The position numbers were made by a program, and so were the translations under genes. A stretch of 64,000 nt of DNA from contig JBPGPT010000010.1 in assembly GCA_051047955.1 (NCBI GenBank), forward strand, positions 248,001-312,000, read 5' to 3'. Below are positions 36,413 through 48,953 of the stretch, one piece after another. The notes under the pieces were generated by a model that saw only the letters and a program-made list of their open reading frames with translations, had not been told where the DNA came from and searched no databases. This DNA comes from Cystobasidiomycetes sp. EMM_F5. Taxonomy: Eukaryota. How positions within the stretch are numbered: the stretch's first letter is position 1; each line of letters starts with the position of its first letter.

Positions 36413-38021
36413 TTAATTATTCAACTTGCTCGCTTTACGCTGCTTTCGCTTTTTATCGGAACTCGAGTCTCCGTCCAGAATGGCCTGTTTTTTCCGTCTG
36501 AGTTCCTGCTTCTCTCCAAATTTGTCATCGTGTAAATTCATCGTTGCAACACGCTTTGCAGTTGAGACTTTGTTCAGATGCTCCAGTACCGCCTCTTCCG
36601 GCAAGATGAGTTCCTCCATCTTGCTTCCCGTCCGCGTCTCGACGCCTCCTACCAAGTCGACATCGCCCTCGGTGACAAAGGTTATGCTCGTTCCTCGCTT
36701 GCCAGCACGGGCCGTTCGACCAACTCGATGCACATAGTCGTCCGGATCACGCGGCACATCCCAGTTGATGATGACTTCTACTTCTGGAATATCCAAACCT
36801 CTGCTTCCTACATCTGTCGCGATCAGCAGCGGGACTCTTGAAGCTCGGAATTCATTTAGCGAAGCAAGACGTTCTTTCTGGCTGAGATGAGAATGTAAGG
36901 GTGTGTTGGAGACGTCCAGCTCGTCCAGGAGCAACGACAAGTGCGCTGCAGTCTTACACCTCGATACGAATAGGATCGTTTGCGGCATTTTCACGATTGA
37001 CTCGTCCTCATCTTCGTCACTCTCTCCCTCGTCAGCACGACGACTCTTGCTCTTGTGCTTGATTTTCTGCTGCTCTCGCCGACCTCGCTTGGAGTTTGTG
37101 TTAGGCCCAGCCTTTTTAGGTCGAGTGAGAGCTTCCGCTCCCGTCAATTCGCACAGGTGTAAGAAGAGGTAGTATCCGTAGCACTCTCTGACCTGCGATG
37201 ACATGAATATATATCGCTGCTCCAATGATGCTGGTGCTGTTTGCCTAAAGAACTGAATTAGGCTGTTTCTACGGAAAGCTAGCTGAGGCGAATCAAACTT
37301 ACTGCTGATCAGTCAGATGTAAAAAAGGCTTTTCTTTGCCCTTTGCAGGTGTCTTCTCGCGCAACGTCATGATGGCGCTTGTGACCGTAGCAGTGAAAAG
37401 CAGAGTTTGTCTCTGCTGTGGGATCGCAGATATGATGAAGCCAAGTTCCTGCGCAAAGGATGGTGCGAGAAGGCGGTCCGCTTCATCGAGGACCAAGTAT
37501 TTGATCTTGCTGAGGTTCCACTGACCGTGACTGCTGCTCTTCATCAAGTCACATAGCCGACCGGGAGTGGCAACGACGATATGCGGTCGGGACGAAAGAT
37601 CCGCTGCTTGTTGCATCATATCGAGACCTCCGACAGCGACACAGCTGCGGACATTGATAGCCTGTCCGAGCGCGACAAATTGCTCGTGGATCTGAAAGGC
37701 CAGCTCCCTACAATGTATGAAATTGTCAGAATTTTTAAACATCAGCGTCATGCTGGTTTATCAGACAACCAACCTGGTGGGCGTCAGTATCAATGCAAAT
37801 ATGCCGTACGGGTCATCTGCCAGAGTCTGGAGGATTGGCAGCGCGAAAGCTATCGTCTTGCCAGAGCCCGTCTGGGCAGAGCCGATACAGTCGCGACCTG
37901 CTAGAATGGGCGGTATGCATGCTGATTGAACTGGCGTTGGCGCTCGAATGCTCATGGAAGCCAGCGACCGCACGAGGAACGGCGACACGCCCAGAGACGC
38001 AAACGTCGACTGGGTAGCCAT
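36413..38021 (-). CDS. DBP8: DEAD-box RNA helicase Dbp8/DDX49 (18S rRNA biogenesis)
   Basis: PTPVQ Q-motif; [56 protein letters not shown]. Confidence 0.9.
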
Positions 38022-38370
38022 GCTTGTTGGGCAGGCTGCAATCAGCCGGAGTTCGAAATATGAATGGCCGCTGCTTGCCCAGACCGGCACATAAATGTCA
38101 AATCATTCACATTCATTATTGATTTGCTTCATGCTACACACTACTAACAGTCATTTTAGAGCCATCGCCAGGCGTTGCGAAAGCTGCGCTCTGCGCCCGA
38201 GGCGTTCTAAAATTCCGTCTGACAAGCTGCCATCCCGGATGACTGCTGCCACACTTACGCGGCACAGGCAAGCGTGAGTCAATATACGGGCGCGACAATG
38301 AAAGAAAGCGAGTTGCATGTGTGGTACGACAACGATATGCTGACTGCTGTGGAAGGAGAAACGGCTACTT

Positions 38371-38927
38371 CTAAGGGGTAACAGCACAGTTGATGTGGAG
38401 GAGCGGAGCCTGACTTCTGAAGTCCAAAATCTGTCCCTTGTAGTATTGTGTCTCATCGATGACTAGATTGAAGTCACCGCAGGCACCCTTTGGTGTTTTA
38501 AGGAAGGCTTGGATCTTTCCAGTGCTTGGGTTTACGGCTTCACCATTGGACAGCTTCGAAGCAAGGAAAGGGTTAGCTCCCATGATGTACCTTTATGAGA
38601 GTAAGCTTACCAAGTAGGTGGACTTGCCATCCGGCGAAACGAGGCTAGCTGCAATTCCGTATGTAGCAGCGTAGGTGTTACCGTAGTTGATGTTGACGGG
38701 AATATATTCGACCCAGATGCCACCGTTGCCGGTATCGGTGGTACTGATGGTCACACCTCCAGACGGCGATGTCACTATCAAATCAATTTGTCAGCTTACA
38801 TGTATCTGCGGAATCTTGATTATAGCTTACAGTAACCGGATGGACCAACATCACGGGGAACGGCGGGCGCAGCAGAGACGCTGGCTACGAAAGCAACGGC
38901 GGCGGCGGTAGCAGTGACGAATTTCAT
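38371..38927 (-). CDS. Small secreted protein of unknown function, 3 exons
   Basis: Signal peptide MKFVTATAAAVAFVASVSA; canonical introns; beta-rich mature region with two Cys near the C-terminus. Confidence 0.7.
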
Positions 38928-39226
38928 TGTGTGAGTGTGGAGAATTGGTGCTGTCGGTGGAAGCAATGGAGCCGAGAGAGAGGTGCTAGAGGTGCTTATG
39001 ATTGCAAGAGCTGATGATGAGAATGAAGAAAGAAGAGTGTAAGCCATCAGCTTTGGCCCTTTTGTACTTTTCCACAGCTTCGCACACTGATTGCTTACAG
39101 CTGAGCCTTCAGGCACGACACTGCCCACGCTACAGACTCGGGCCGATCGCATGACGCCGAGCGGTGCGAGCGAGGCGAAGTACAGCTAGCTCGCGCACTC
39201 ACGTTCGCTTCGCAACACACATCATC

Positions 39227-41425
39227 TCAATTCTTGAATGCTGGTCTAGGGACCCTATGCCAGGCTGTGGTGAGATTCCCTCGGAAGTTCCAATTAGCTT
39301 CGTAGCTCTCCGGCTGTCACACCGAGGGAAGTGAGCGTAGACGGAGGCAGGGCAGCAAAATCATGTACATACCTGAGTGTTATAAGACTCATCCACGGCT
39401 TTTACCACAATTTCCCTGCCTACATATCCCTTTGGCACCATATGCGTCCACAAGGTCCAACTCCACTGTCTCGAACCTTTGCTCGAGTTGGCTTCTAGCT
39501 TCGCCTGCTTCCACGTTCCACCCCCGTCCACGCTAACATCGACCCGTTGGATACCTCGACCGCCACCGGAGAAGGCGTATCCACATATCTTGACAAAATC
39601 CTCCTCCAGACCATAATTTCGCAGTAATGTCCGCTCCCTTTCGGTCTGGGTCGAGAATTCTTCTATTGAAGTGATCGCGGACTGTACTGGCAGTTCTTGA
39701 ATCGCCATTGCACGTTCCCAGTTGGGATTACTGCCGACATTGGGGCCGAAGCACTTGTAGTCGCGGCGTTGCCATTGGGAGGTCGATTCTTCCTCCGCTA
39801 TACTGATACGAGATACCCATTTCACGCTGCGGGCGGCAACATTTCCCGGTGCTTTGCATATGGTCTGCTTAGCGGGACCTTGAGCAATTCGTATAACTCG
39901 TCTTACCCAGAACTCGCAAAGGTGCTCCGTGATCTGGCGGGATCGGCTTGCCATTCATTTCAAAAGCCTGGAAGGACGGTATTGGTCAATTTGTGCACCA
40001 TCAAAGGACCTACTGTCTTTCCTTACCAACAAAACATCTCCCGATGGATCGCAGGCCTTATGCATCGGTATGCTCGCTCCATATCCCTCTGCACCGTAGA
40101 ATTGGCAATGCTTTGCATATTCGGGCAGATTATCGGTCGCAACCCCAGCATCTCGCAAAACATCTCGCAGCCGTACTCCAGTCCATTCTGCATTAGATAT
40201 CGCTCCTGCGTCCCATTGTAAGCCGTTAGCTGTAATACCAGTCAGATTACCGTTTCCAATGTCAGTAGAAGTCGCATCCAGCCCACTAGCGCGAGAGTTG
40301 GCAGTCATGTGCGATCTTCGATTGCCGCTGCATTGAAGTGTCGCTATGCATCAAAGTGTAAGGTGGATTTGGCATCATGGGCCATACCACGCACCAGTAA
40401 TAGTTTGTTTCGAAAAGCGTTGGCGAAGATCCGCTAAAGTGTATACTTTTGTGCTTCCGTCAGGCAACTCGACGCTAAGCTCCCATTCTTCAGGCCTGGG
40501 AGCTTGGGGTACCCATCTGATATTGTTTGTAAGTCAGTCAATTGCAGCACATTTCTGCAAGAACCAAATTTACAAGTGGTTGCGAGTAAAGAAAACTTCG
40601 GTAGGAGTTACAAATTGTTGCAACTCGCTTGATGGAGTTTCGGCGTTGCATGGCTTCTGAGTACGTTGTATTAGTCGGGTATCGCGCTGCGGATCGTCTG
40701 CAAATGGATCATCGATTGCGTCTGCTGGAACTTTGCCATCCACTAGATCACGAGGGTCGACCTGGAAAGTCTCGGGATCAGATGCCATATTGCCGTCCAA
40801 CACGCGTGGAGACGCTCCCTTACTTCGCCAATGCAGAATTCCTCCAAGGTCGCGAGGATGTCTGGTCGGGAATGAAATGCAAAGACTGACCAGTATGGCT
40901 CGAGTGCACCTCCTGCGGCGCGCAGTATGACAGAGCCGCCTGGATGGTTTTCAATCCATTCTGTAATATCGTAAACATTTGTGCCTTTGACCCAACTCAA
41001 TCAGCAATGTCCTTCACAAGATGGCTTTTGCCTGTTAGTTCACCTCTAGACACCCAAACACCATCTTTAGACCCTGTTCCATGTTGCTTGATTTCGCTCA
41101 GCCGTATTTTCCGTTTCTTTGGGTCTGACTTTGGATTCGGATGGCTACTCGACGCATCGGCGTAAAGAGGTTGTTTCCCAAGCGATACTGCATAAAGGCA
41201 AAAGCCAACAACGCCGACGGCAGCCAAGACTCCGGAAGCTGTTACTCTGCTGGCTCGAGTCTTGTCTGATCTATGGGAAAACCGCAGGCCTGTTAGATGT
41301 CGATGATGCTGACAGGCTCCGATACCGTTTAGACCAGGGTGACTTCGGACATGGGCAGACTCTCTGGCAGGATATTGTACATGTGTGGCAGCCTGTCGCA
41401 GCAGCCATGCAGCAGACCGCCGCAT
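39227..41425 (-). CDS. Sulfite oxidase (cytochrome b5 + Moco + dimerisation domains), probably mitochondrial
   Basis: Arg-rich presequence plus TM segment; NHPGG heme motif; FFTRNH; LQCSGNRR (Mo-ligating Cys); AISNAEWTG; DHGAPLRV; ARSVKWV; TAWHRV. Confidence 0.92.
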
Positions 41426-41827
41426 ATCGCGATACAGCCAAAGCCAGGAAATGTTTGGATTCCAATGCGTCCTTGAGCTTGGGAAATCGAAGTTAGATAT
41501 GAAGATTGGCAGAGACCAGAGCAAGATTTACGATAGTAATAAAGACTAATGACAAAAAACACGAGCCTGCTGGCCTGGCAAGCGTTGCCCTCCACTGTTT
41601 GCGACCTCGCTTCGCCTAACAGCCGATGAGGCCAATGCGTGCCTGGATCCCCGCTCTCACGACGAGACCGTGGTCTCGCGAGTCTCTCGCACTGATGTCT
41701 GATGGTGATGATACATGTACCTTTGTCGCGCTTCTGTCCCGGTTACTCTCTCTGGCAGTGTCGAAGCTGTACGCTAAATCCCCGCTTCGATTGGTAACTT
41801 GACGGGTAATCCAATCATACACTCAAT

Positions 41828-43215
41828 ATGCCTGAACATTTCAAGACAGTCAAGTCGTTTCTCGGCATCAAACGTGAAGCCTACGAAGAACTCGACGACG
41901 ATCCGGTTGTGGCACCGTTAAAAACTAACCATCAGCAAGGCGAGGAGGCAAGTAGGACTGAACAGGACTCCACACTCATTGCAGCGACTCTGCTCACTCA
42001 TATTTCTACAGTATGTGCGATTTGTCGGCACCACCTGGGCAGATCTGCCAGATCAGACTCAGCATACCGAAGCCAAAGGGGCTGTGCACAGACGCAAAGT
42101 CGTCAAGGTTGAAGGCATGACAAGTCAGGAGATTCACTATCTCCCCAAAGAATCGCTCGTCACTGCATTGGGCAGCCATGCCGAAGCAAGTAAATTCGTA
42201 AATTCGCGCAAGGACCATATCCTCTTTTGCAAGTGGAAGGCGGGCACCGCAGTCGATGCGCAGGGTCGCTACAGAGAAACGAGCTGGGCTGAAGTAGCTG
42301 TAGATCTCGATACTGATAGAACACTCTTACGTGTATCCTGATTTACGCATGCCGACTAACAAGTCAATACATGTTCCGCGTCGTTGCTTGCGGCGTATAC
42401 CGCAATTCTAGTCCCTGACTGATGGTTGTGCATGGTATGGCAACTTGTATGAAGATCCCGACCGAACCTTCACGAAGGTACCGCACAGACTGACATTTTC
42501 GCGGCTGGCGCGGCTGACTCAATAACCGTACGCATAGCCTCACAGTCTCTCTCAGTCCCAGCGCGCCGATGCCGTTTGCTCTGTGCTGACTGGTAACGTT
42601 GACTTGCAGCCAACAGTTAGTACCATACTGCGGCCTTGATTGAATACCAAGAAATCGTCAATATGGCTCCGCAAGTGCCTACTGGGTCTCGCCAGGACAA
42701 CGCAAGGCGCCCGCCTGCTTCAAGGTCAGATTAAGCGTATGGCGGACTGCTTTTCCGAATCTTCCTGACCATTTGTGCCAGAGTGAGCAGCATGTCCACA
42801 ACACGCGGATTGACGCAAGTCTTGCGTAACAATCCGGCTTTATACTCGGGACAGCAACAGAGTACTCAATCACACACTGTGCAAGCCCTCAGGTTGGCGC
42901 AAGCAGTCCTGCATCAGGCACTGGATAGACGAATTGATCCTTGTCATCTTGTATTTCTGCCAGATCCGACAATCTGACTGCGATGGCGCAACGCGTCGAC
43001 AGTCCAGCCCGGCCAGTAAACCCGCAATTTCTGATGCCGAGATTGTAAGTCAAGGTTCGCTCCCGTGCAGCTGTGCTTTTATTCATGCCTATGCCAGCTT
43101 GTCAAGTTTTGCTCGTCCTGACCCGGCCGTGATACTGGATAAGGTCAAACTCGTTCCAGCCGAACTGCCAGATCGGAGACAGATCAACGTATGGAAGGCT
43201 AACAGACAACAGTAA
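41828..43215 (+). CDS. Hypothetical multi-exon gene (3' structure unresolved)
   Basis: ATG ORF joined in frame to the next ORF by GC-AG intron 41948-42011; further branch/acceptor signals downstream; no motif recognised. Confidence 0.4.
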
Positions 43216-44262
43216 GCAATTTACGTACGCTGGTACTGCGGACTGAAATCTGCGTTCCCAGAGGACAGGAGTTTAGAGCACGTCGCCCTGACGCTCAGGC
43301 AACCTATGAATCAGAGTACGAGGTTGCGGGCACTATTGAAGATGCCATACGAAATCTCCTGATGAGCGACGCTGTAGCAAATCCAATTTCGGTGGGCTAT
43401 GCAAGGATCGGTCCATCAAACCTTAGCTGTCGCTACACTCAAGTTGGTTATCGCTGCAGAAATGTGGAAAATGTAACGGCATTTCAATCAAACGAACCGG
43501 ACGGGCACTATACATACAGGTTTGTGAATCACCTCAGTCAAGCCTACTTCCGCTAATCTGGCCTACAGATGCGCTCTCTGTCTGGGCTCTTCCGGAGCGC
43601 GGTCAGCAGTAAAGAACGCTGCCAGCAAGGTGTCCAAGCCGAAACTTGCAAAGCGCCAAAATTCGCAGCGTAAGTAGCATGTCTGAATTCTGCTCCCAGC
43701 GGCAATGTTGTTCGCGCGTCATTTGACTGTTTCGCACACACATTTCGCATTTGTCCCGCATATTTTTTACACCATTTCGCGTCCATCATCTCTGCCGCTG
43801 ACGCAGTATTGCCATCTGACGAGATTGCCCGACCACCCGCGTGTGCACTGTCACTGCAGCCATACGTCCGGACAACGGATTGTCGTTCCTTGGTCGCCTT
43901 GCATTTTCTAGTGCATCGTTTCATGAAACAGTGGCCCCCCTTGCCTGCGACGCAACCTTTACTTGAGCCCATCTGCATTGGATTCTGAAAGCTATCGGAA
44001 TTGACTTCTATGATCCTATTAGGCAAAAGATAGAAAAAGCGTACACTCATAGTACATAGTATACACGTCCAGGGCTGCGTATAGCTGGACAGCAAGCGGC
44101 GTGATGTGCACGCGCAGCAGCTATGCTCGCTGCATGGTAGGTAGACGAACTTTATACAGAAGATGCGAATGGTTGCGGTGAGAAGGAAAAGTGATACATC
44201 ATTCCAGGAGGAAGTGAACTTTTTTCGTGAAAACACGTCACATACGTGAAAGAAAGCCTCGA

Positions 44263-47200
44263 TCATGCCCTGACAGAGCTAGCCAGGGAAGTCGCTTCAA
44301 GCGCGTTGTGTCCCGCGGATGGTAAGGCATCAGTCGGCGAAGCACGGACATCGACCGTCGCTGTGGATGGCTTCGCGGTCAGCGACGCTGCACTTGTCTC
44401 AACGGGAGCTGCAACGATTGGCACAGGAGCACGGGCTTTCGACGGGGCTCGCTTAGCAGGCTCGGGCAAAGCTGCCGCCCTCGCGGCTGCCGTCGCCCAA
44501 GAGAATGTAGCCTTGGCAGGCGCGATGTTTCCGTCCGTCAAAGTGGCAAATTTGGCATCTGCGCTTGTTCCCGCTGTTGATACATCGGGGCTTCTATTGT
44601 CGGATCCGCCGTTGCCGGACGCGGATGACATTTCGTTGCTCTTCGAGCGCTCCATCGTAGAGCTTTTTGATAGAGCAGGGAAATCGTTCTCCCTGCTAGG
44701 TATGCGAGGAGACTTGATCTGACTTGATGCTGAGTTGTGCGCTGGTCGGCGGCCCAAAGACTGTGGGATCACGTTTGTTCTCGATGGGCCTCGGAAACCG
44801 TTGGACAAAGCATTTTGACGTAGTGGTTGCGGTTGATCGGAACGAGTAGTAGAGTTTGACAACACTGGCGCGGAATTGTTTCCGGAAAGTTGCGAAGCAG
44901 GGTTGACAGACAGATTGCGAGTTTCGGAAATCAGTCTACAAAGCAGAATTAAAGCAGGTCAGCTGACAGCTAGGTTGCATACCTTACAGTACAAGAGAGC
45001 TTACTTGTGTAATTTATTCTGAACATCCTCCCCGTTTGCGTGACTGGCCAAGCTGCTTGGGACTCCGTTTGTGGCAGAAGCATTTGCTGCCGACATTCGT
45101 GATTGATGCGCCTCTGGCAGATCTGAGCGTGGAGCGGGAGCGTTTTGCATTCCCGGCGTGCCATGATGTTTACCAGCATTAAAGCGCAAACTCGACGGTC
45201 CTGCTGGATGCGGACGATCGTAACTTCGGGGACCCCATGATGGCTTCTCCGAACTGATTCTGCCATCGGGATGACCGATGTTCAACCGAAGCAGCTTGGC
45301 ATCTCTCACCAATTCTGGAAGACCGCTGTCGTCACGTGAATCTCCCTTGTTATCGCTAGATGGCATCTGGCGAGGTTCCGTGAGGTAGTGCGCGAAATGA
45401 CATCCGTCACCATATCTGCACTTTCCAACGTCGAAGAAGGAACAAGGAAGGTTGGGATCCGATCTGGTCAGCGGCTTGCCTACAGGCGGCCTATCCGCAA
45501 AGCCATTGCTATTTCGCGGGGCGTAGGACCCGCCTGAAATTGAAGATCGTGGATGATGTCCATTCGCACGAGCTTTTGTGTTTGAGCTATTGCTCTGAGA
45601 ACGTTGTCGCGAATGTTCAACCTGTGCACCATAGGGATGCTGTTGCATACTTCGAAGCGGTGCCGCTATGTCTGCAACACCGTTACGATTGTCGGGATGT
45701 ATGGATTCCTCGCTAACCTGAACAGACGGTTCGGACGCGCGAGACGTCGTGAGTGCTCCACCATCGCCGCCATTGACCATTATCGCCATGCTTGCCTCAT
45801 CAGCAAGGTTCTGCAAGGGTGCGGTTGCGTCGGACGCTAAGTGCTTCTCCGACGAGATTCCGGACAGCGGCACATAAGCATTAGGAGCAGGAGACATGTA
45901 GTAAGTGGTTTGTGGTATTATCCCAGTCTGCTGATATTGGACGTATGCTGGGTCATGAGCGTAGTACTGCGAATGCAAAAACTCGGATGGGGGAAATGTC
46001 GTTGGTGCCACCGGATGATAGTAGGACTGATTGACATTAGGTTGTGCGGAATACTGTTGCACGTTGGTTGGAGAGGATGGAAGAGGAACGGAAGCTCCGA
46101 TGGCAGAGGGCGAAGCCAAGCTGTCGACAGGTTCGAATACAGCAGAGGAAGGCGACCTCGCAAAAGGAGGTGGAGTTGAACGAGTCGATACAGGTACTGA
46201 TGCAGACTGATGTTTCGATACTGACGGTGCGGAGGTGGCGATTGCAGATGTAGATCGTACCAAAGCTTTGGCGGCTTCAGCCAAGTTGTCAGAGGTACTA
46301 GGAGAAGCATTGGCGGCGGTAGTTGCATGAACAGGAGAAGTTCGCGCTGGAGCTTGCGCGATGATGGCTGGATCAGACAAGGTAGCTTTGCTCTGACCCG
46401 TTGCTTCCTGCATGGAAGCTTCTGCAGGACGGGAATGAGAATCGGTCGCGTGCGCAAAACCATTCGCAGTGTAGCCGCTGGGGTAATGCTGTAGCTTGAC
46501 TCCGTTCGAGTATGACTGTGGTGCTAGAGGTTGCTGCGGCGCATACATGCCGTACATGGTGGTAGCGTTTTGATTGTATGGCAAATACGCTGCGTTCGCG
46601 GCTGATCCCGGATAGGCGTAGTATGCAGGTTGAGCTGTAGTGTACGCGTATTGTTGTTGTTGCAAGTACTCTCCATCTGCAGACGTTGGCGAGAGCAGCG
46701 TACCGTTGACAAACCCATTAGCCGAAGCGGAGTGCTGGTGAGCTGGGACATAATAAAGTCCAGGCGCGGCTTGGGCTACAGCCTGGAAGTCATCGTAGGG
46801 TGGGTAGGTTGCAAAACCGTTCGCAGCGAGGGGGCCGCCCCGGAAATTTGCACCGTTAGACGTGCCATTCGTAGATGCATAATGGGTCGAATCACTCGGC
46901 CGGTAAGAGTGCAGCTGAGCGGAAGAGGTAGCAGAACCAGTACCATTGGCAGACTCCGTCAGGCTGGCATCAACCAATGAAGGTGTGTCAACCGTGTTTG
47001 ACGCAGTGGTCGGGTGCAAGAACAAGCACTTGGCGCCATAGTGACAATTTGGGAAGTAGCGACAAGGAATAGTCTTTGCAACGTCTGGAGGCGGTAGATA
47101 GGCTGTGTTGCAATGAATATATGGACAAAAAATCAGTCAGGTGACCTGCGGAAGATTTGCAAAATACGAACCTCTCGAGTCGCCGTTCAGAGCATTCGCA

Positions 47201-47358
47201 ACGTCTGGCGAGTCAGAGCCATTGCTGCCATCTGCTCCAGCGTTGGTGCCATTTCCGGCACTGCGTGCAGCGTTTGAAGCCTTCAATTGCTGGATGTGCT
47301 GCTCGACACTGATTACCAGATCATGCTTGACTTCGGTTGGCAGTGTCACCGAGACCAT
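44263..47358 (-). CDS. Low-complexity protein with two CCCH zinc fingers (probably RNA-binding), 3 exons
   Basis: CRYFPNCHYGAKCLFLH and CSFFDVGKCRYGDGCHFAH; Tyr/Gln/Ala-rich region; ENDFPAL motif. Confidence 0.8.
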
Positions 47359-48953
47359 GGCAGTTTGTGGCCGACGCTGTCGTGCAGATATTTCAGAGCT
47401 CTGTTCCTCGTCGCGCCTTGTCGCAGCTGCTATTCTCCGTCCTGCAACTTCCCTTGCTGCTCGCTGTCGCGCAAAACGACTTGAACTTTTTTTCCCCCGG
47501 AAACGCCGCGATCGAGTTTGCAAGTTGCCGGGTTTCGTGCCTGAGAGTCCCGCACCACAGCCTGCGTCTGCGAGGATGGTCTTGTGTGCGAGTCTCGACG
47601 TCACGAGAGGTGTACGGGTGCACTAGATATCAGACGAGATCCTGTCAGCGTCAAGACAAGTGAAAGCCAGACAAGAGTTGGAGTGACTCACGAGCACTTA
47701 GTCTGACAGACACAGCCGACCTGTCGTCCAGTGACACACGCTACAGCTCCACTGTCAGACAGTGATTGCGATGCTGCGCGAGCGCGAACGCATCGCCATG
47801 CTGGCAGGACAGCACTGTGTTCAGCAAGACAAGACAAGTGACTTAGCGAGTAATAGCTGCCTTCTGGGAATATGTATGTCTGCGTGTAGAGACCGGGCAT
47901 TATCCAATCCCGATTCATCTGAAGTCGCGCTAGCTGTAATGTCAGGACTGAATGGAGTGACCTGAGACAAGCATTTCAGCTTTGCTGCGATATCAACGAG
48001 TCGCGATGAAGTTGGGGATTTATTAGTGGTCTTTACCGGCCGGATGATATTGAAAGCGGTCGTTCAACAGACTGCTCCATACGTAAGAAGTAGGGAACCT
48101 GTGCATCAGCAGTAAAATTGCCTGAACGCTTTGCGGAGAGCAATTAGTGTGACGTGCTCGGCGATTGTTATTTTTCCTCGTCCGCTTTGTGGTGTCAAGA
48201 AGACGACACACCAACTCAGGCGTAAACCCTGTCAGGCCTGTATTCAGCAAGCCTAGTAGCTCCTCCTCCAAGTTGTTTGCCACTCTTGGTCCATTGCCAT
48301 AGGTATCATGATACACTTCTTCTCGCACTCTGGGCGTCCTTCGGCTTAATCAAGGCTTGGTGCGCGCAGGGATGAGCGCGATTCTCTTAGATTCAGCACA
48401 GCATGTATGTTGAAGATTAGCCACCAATCTCGTCGAAGTCAGCATGTCGAGCCAGTATCGAGGTAGTCGCAAGCCTTATTGCATCCAGCAAGCAGAGTAT
48501 CCAAATGTAAAGACTGGCCATGTACCGCTCTTCTTCCTACAGTATGTATGATTGGCCAACTTTCTCAACGGACATCGGCTTTTGGAAGCGCGACCGGTCC
48601 AGTGCGTAGACCGCCTGCAGGCTCCGTCATGCAAGCTTTCGGAAGCCCACACAACTCTTGTAATGTAGTTGTGATCGGATGACAGCTATTCTCGAGTCGG
48701 TGTCGTTTCCCTTGGCAAGATTGATACGAGCCAGGAACCGCAATCGCGTCGGCACAAAGATCTTGGTTTGAGATTGTCAAGAACAACGCCTACGCCAAGT
48801 TTGACACAAATCAAAGCATATATCGTGCATCATACACGGCTCTGCACAGTACACAAACACCTCAAATTAGATTCATTGTAGGGACTTGAAAGCTCAATGT
48901 GACAATAGAATGTGTACATGCTCGCGAGAGTCGTGATTTGGCAAACAGACACT

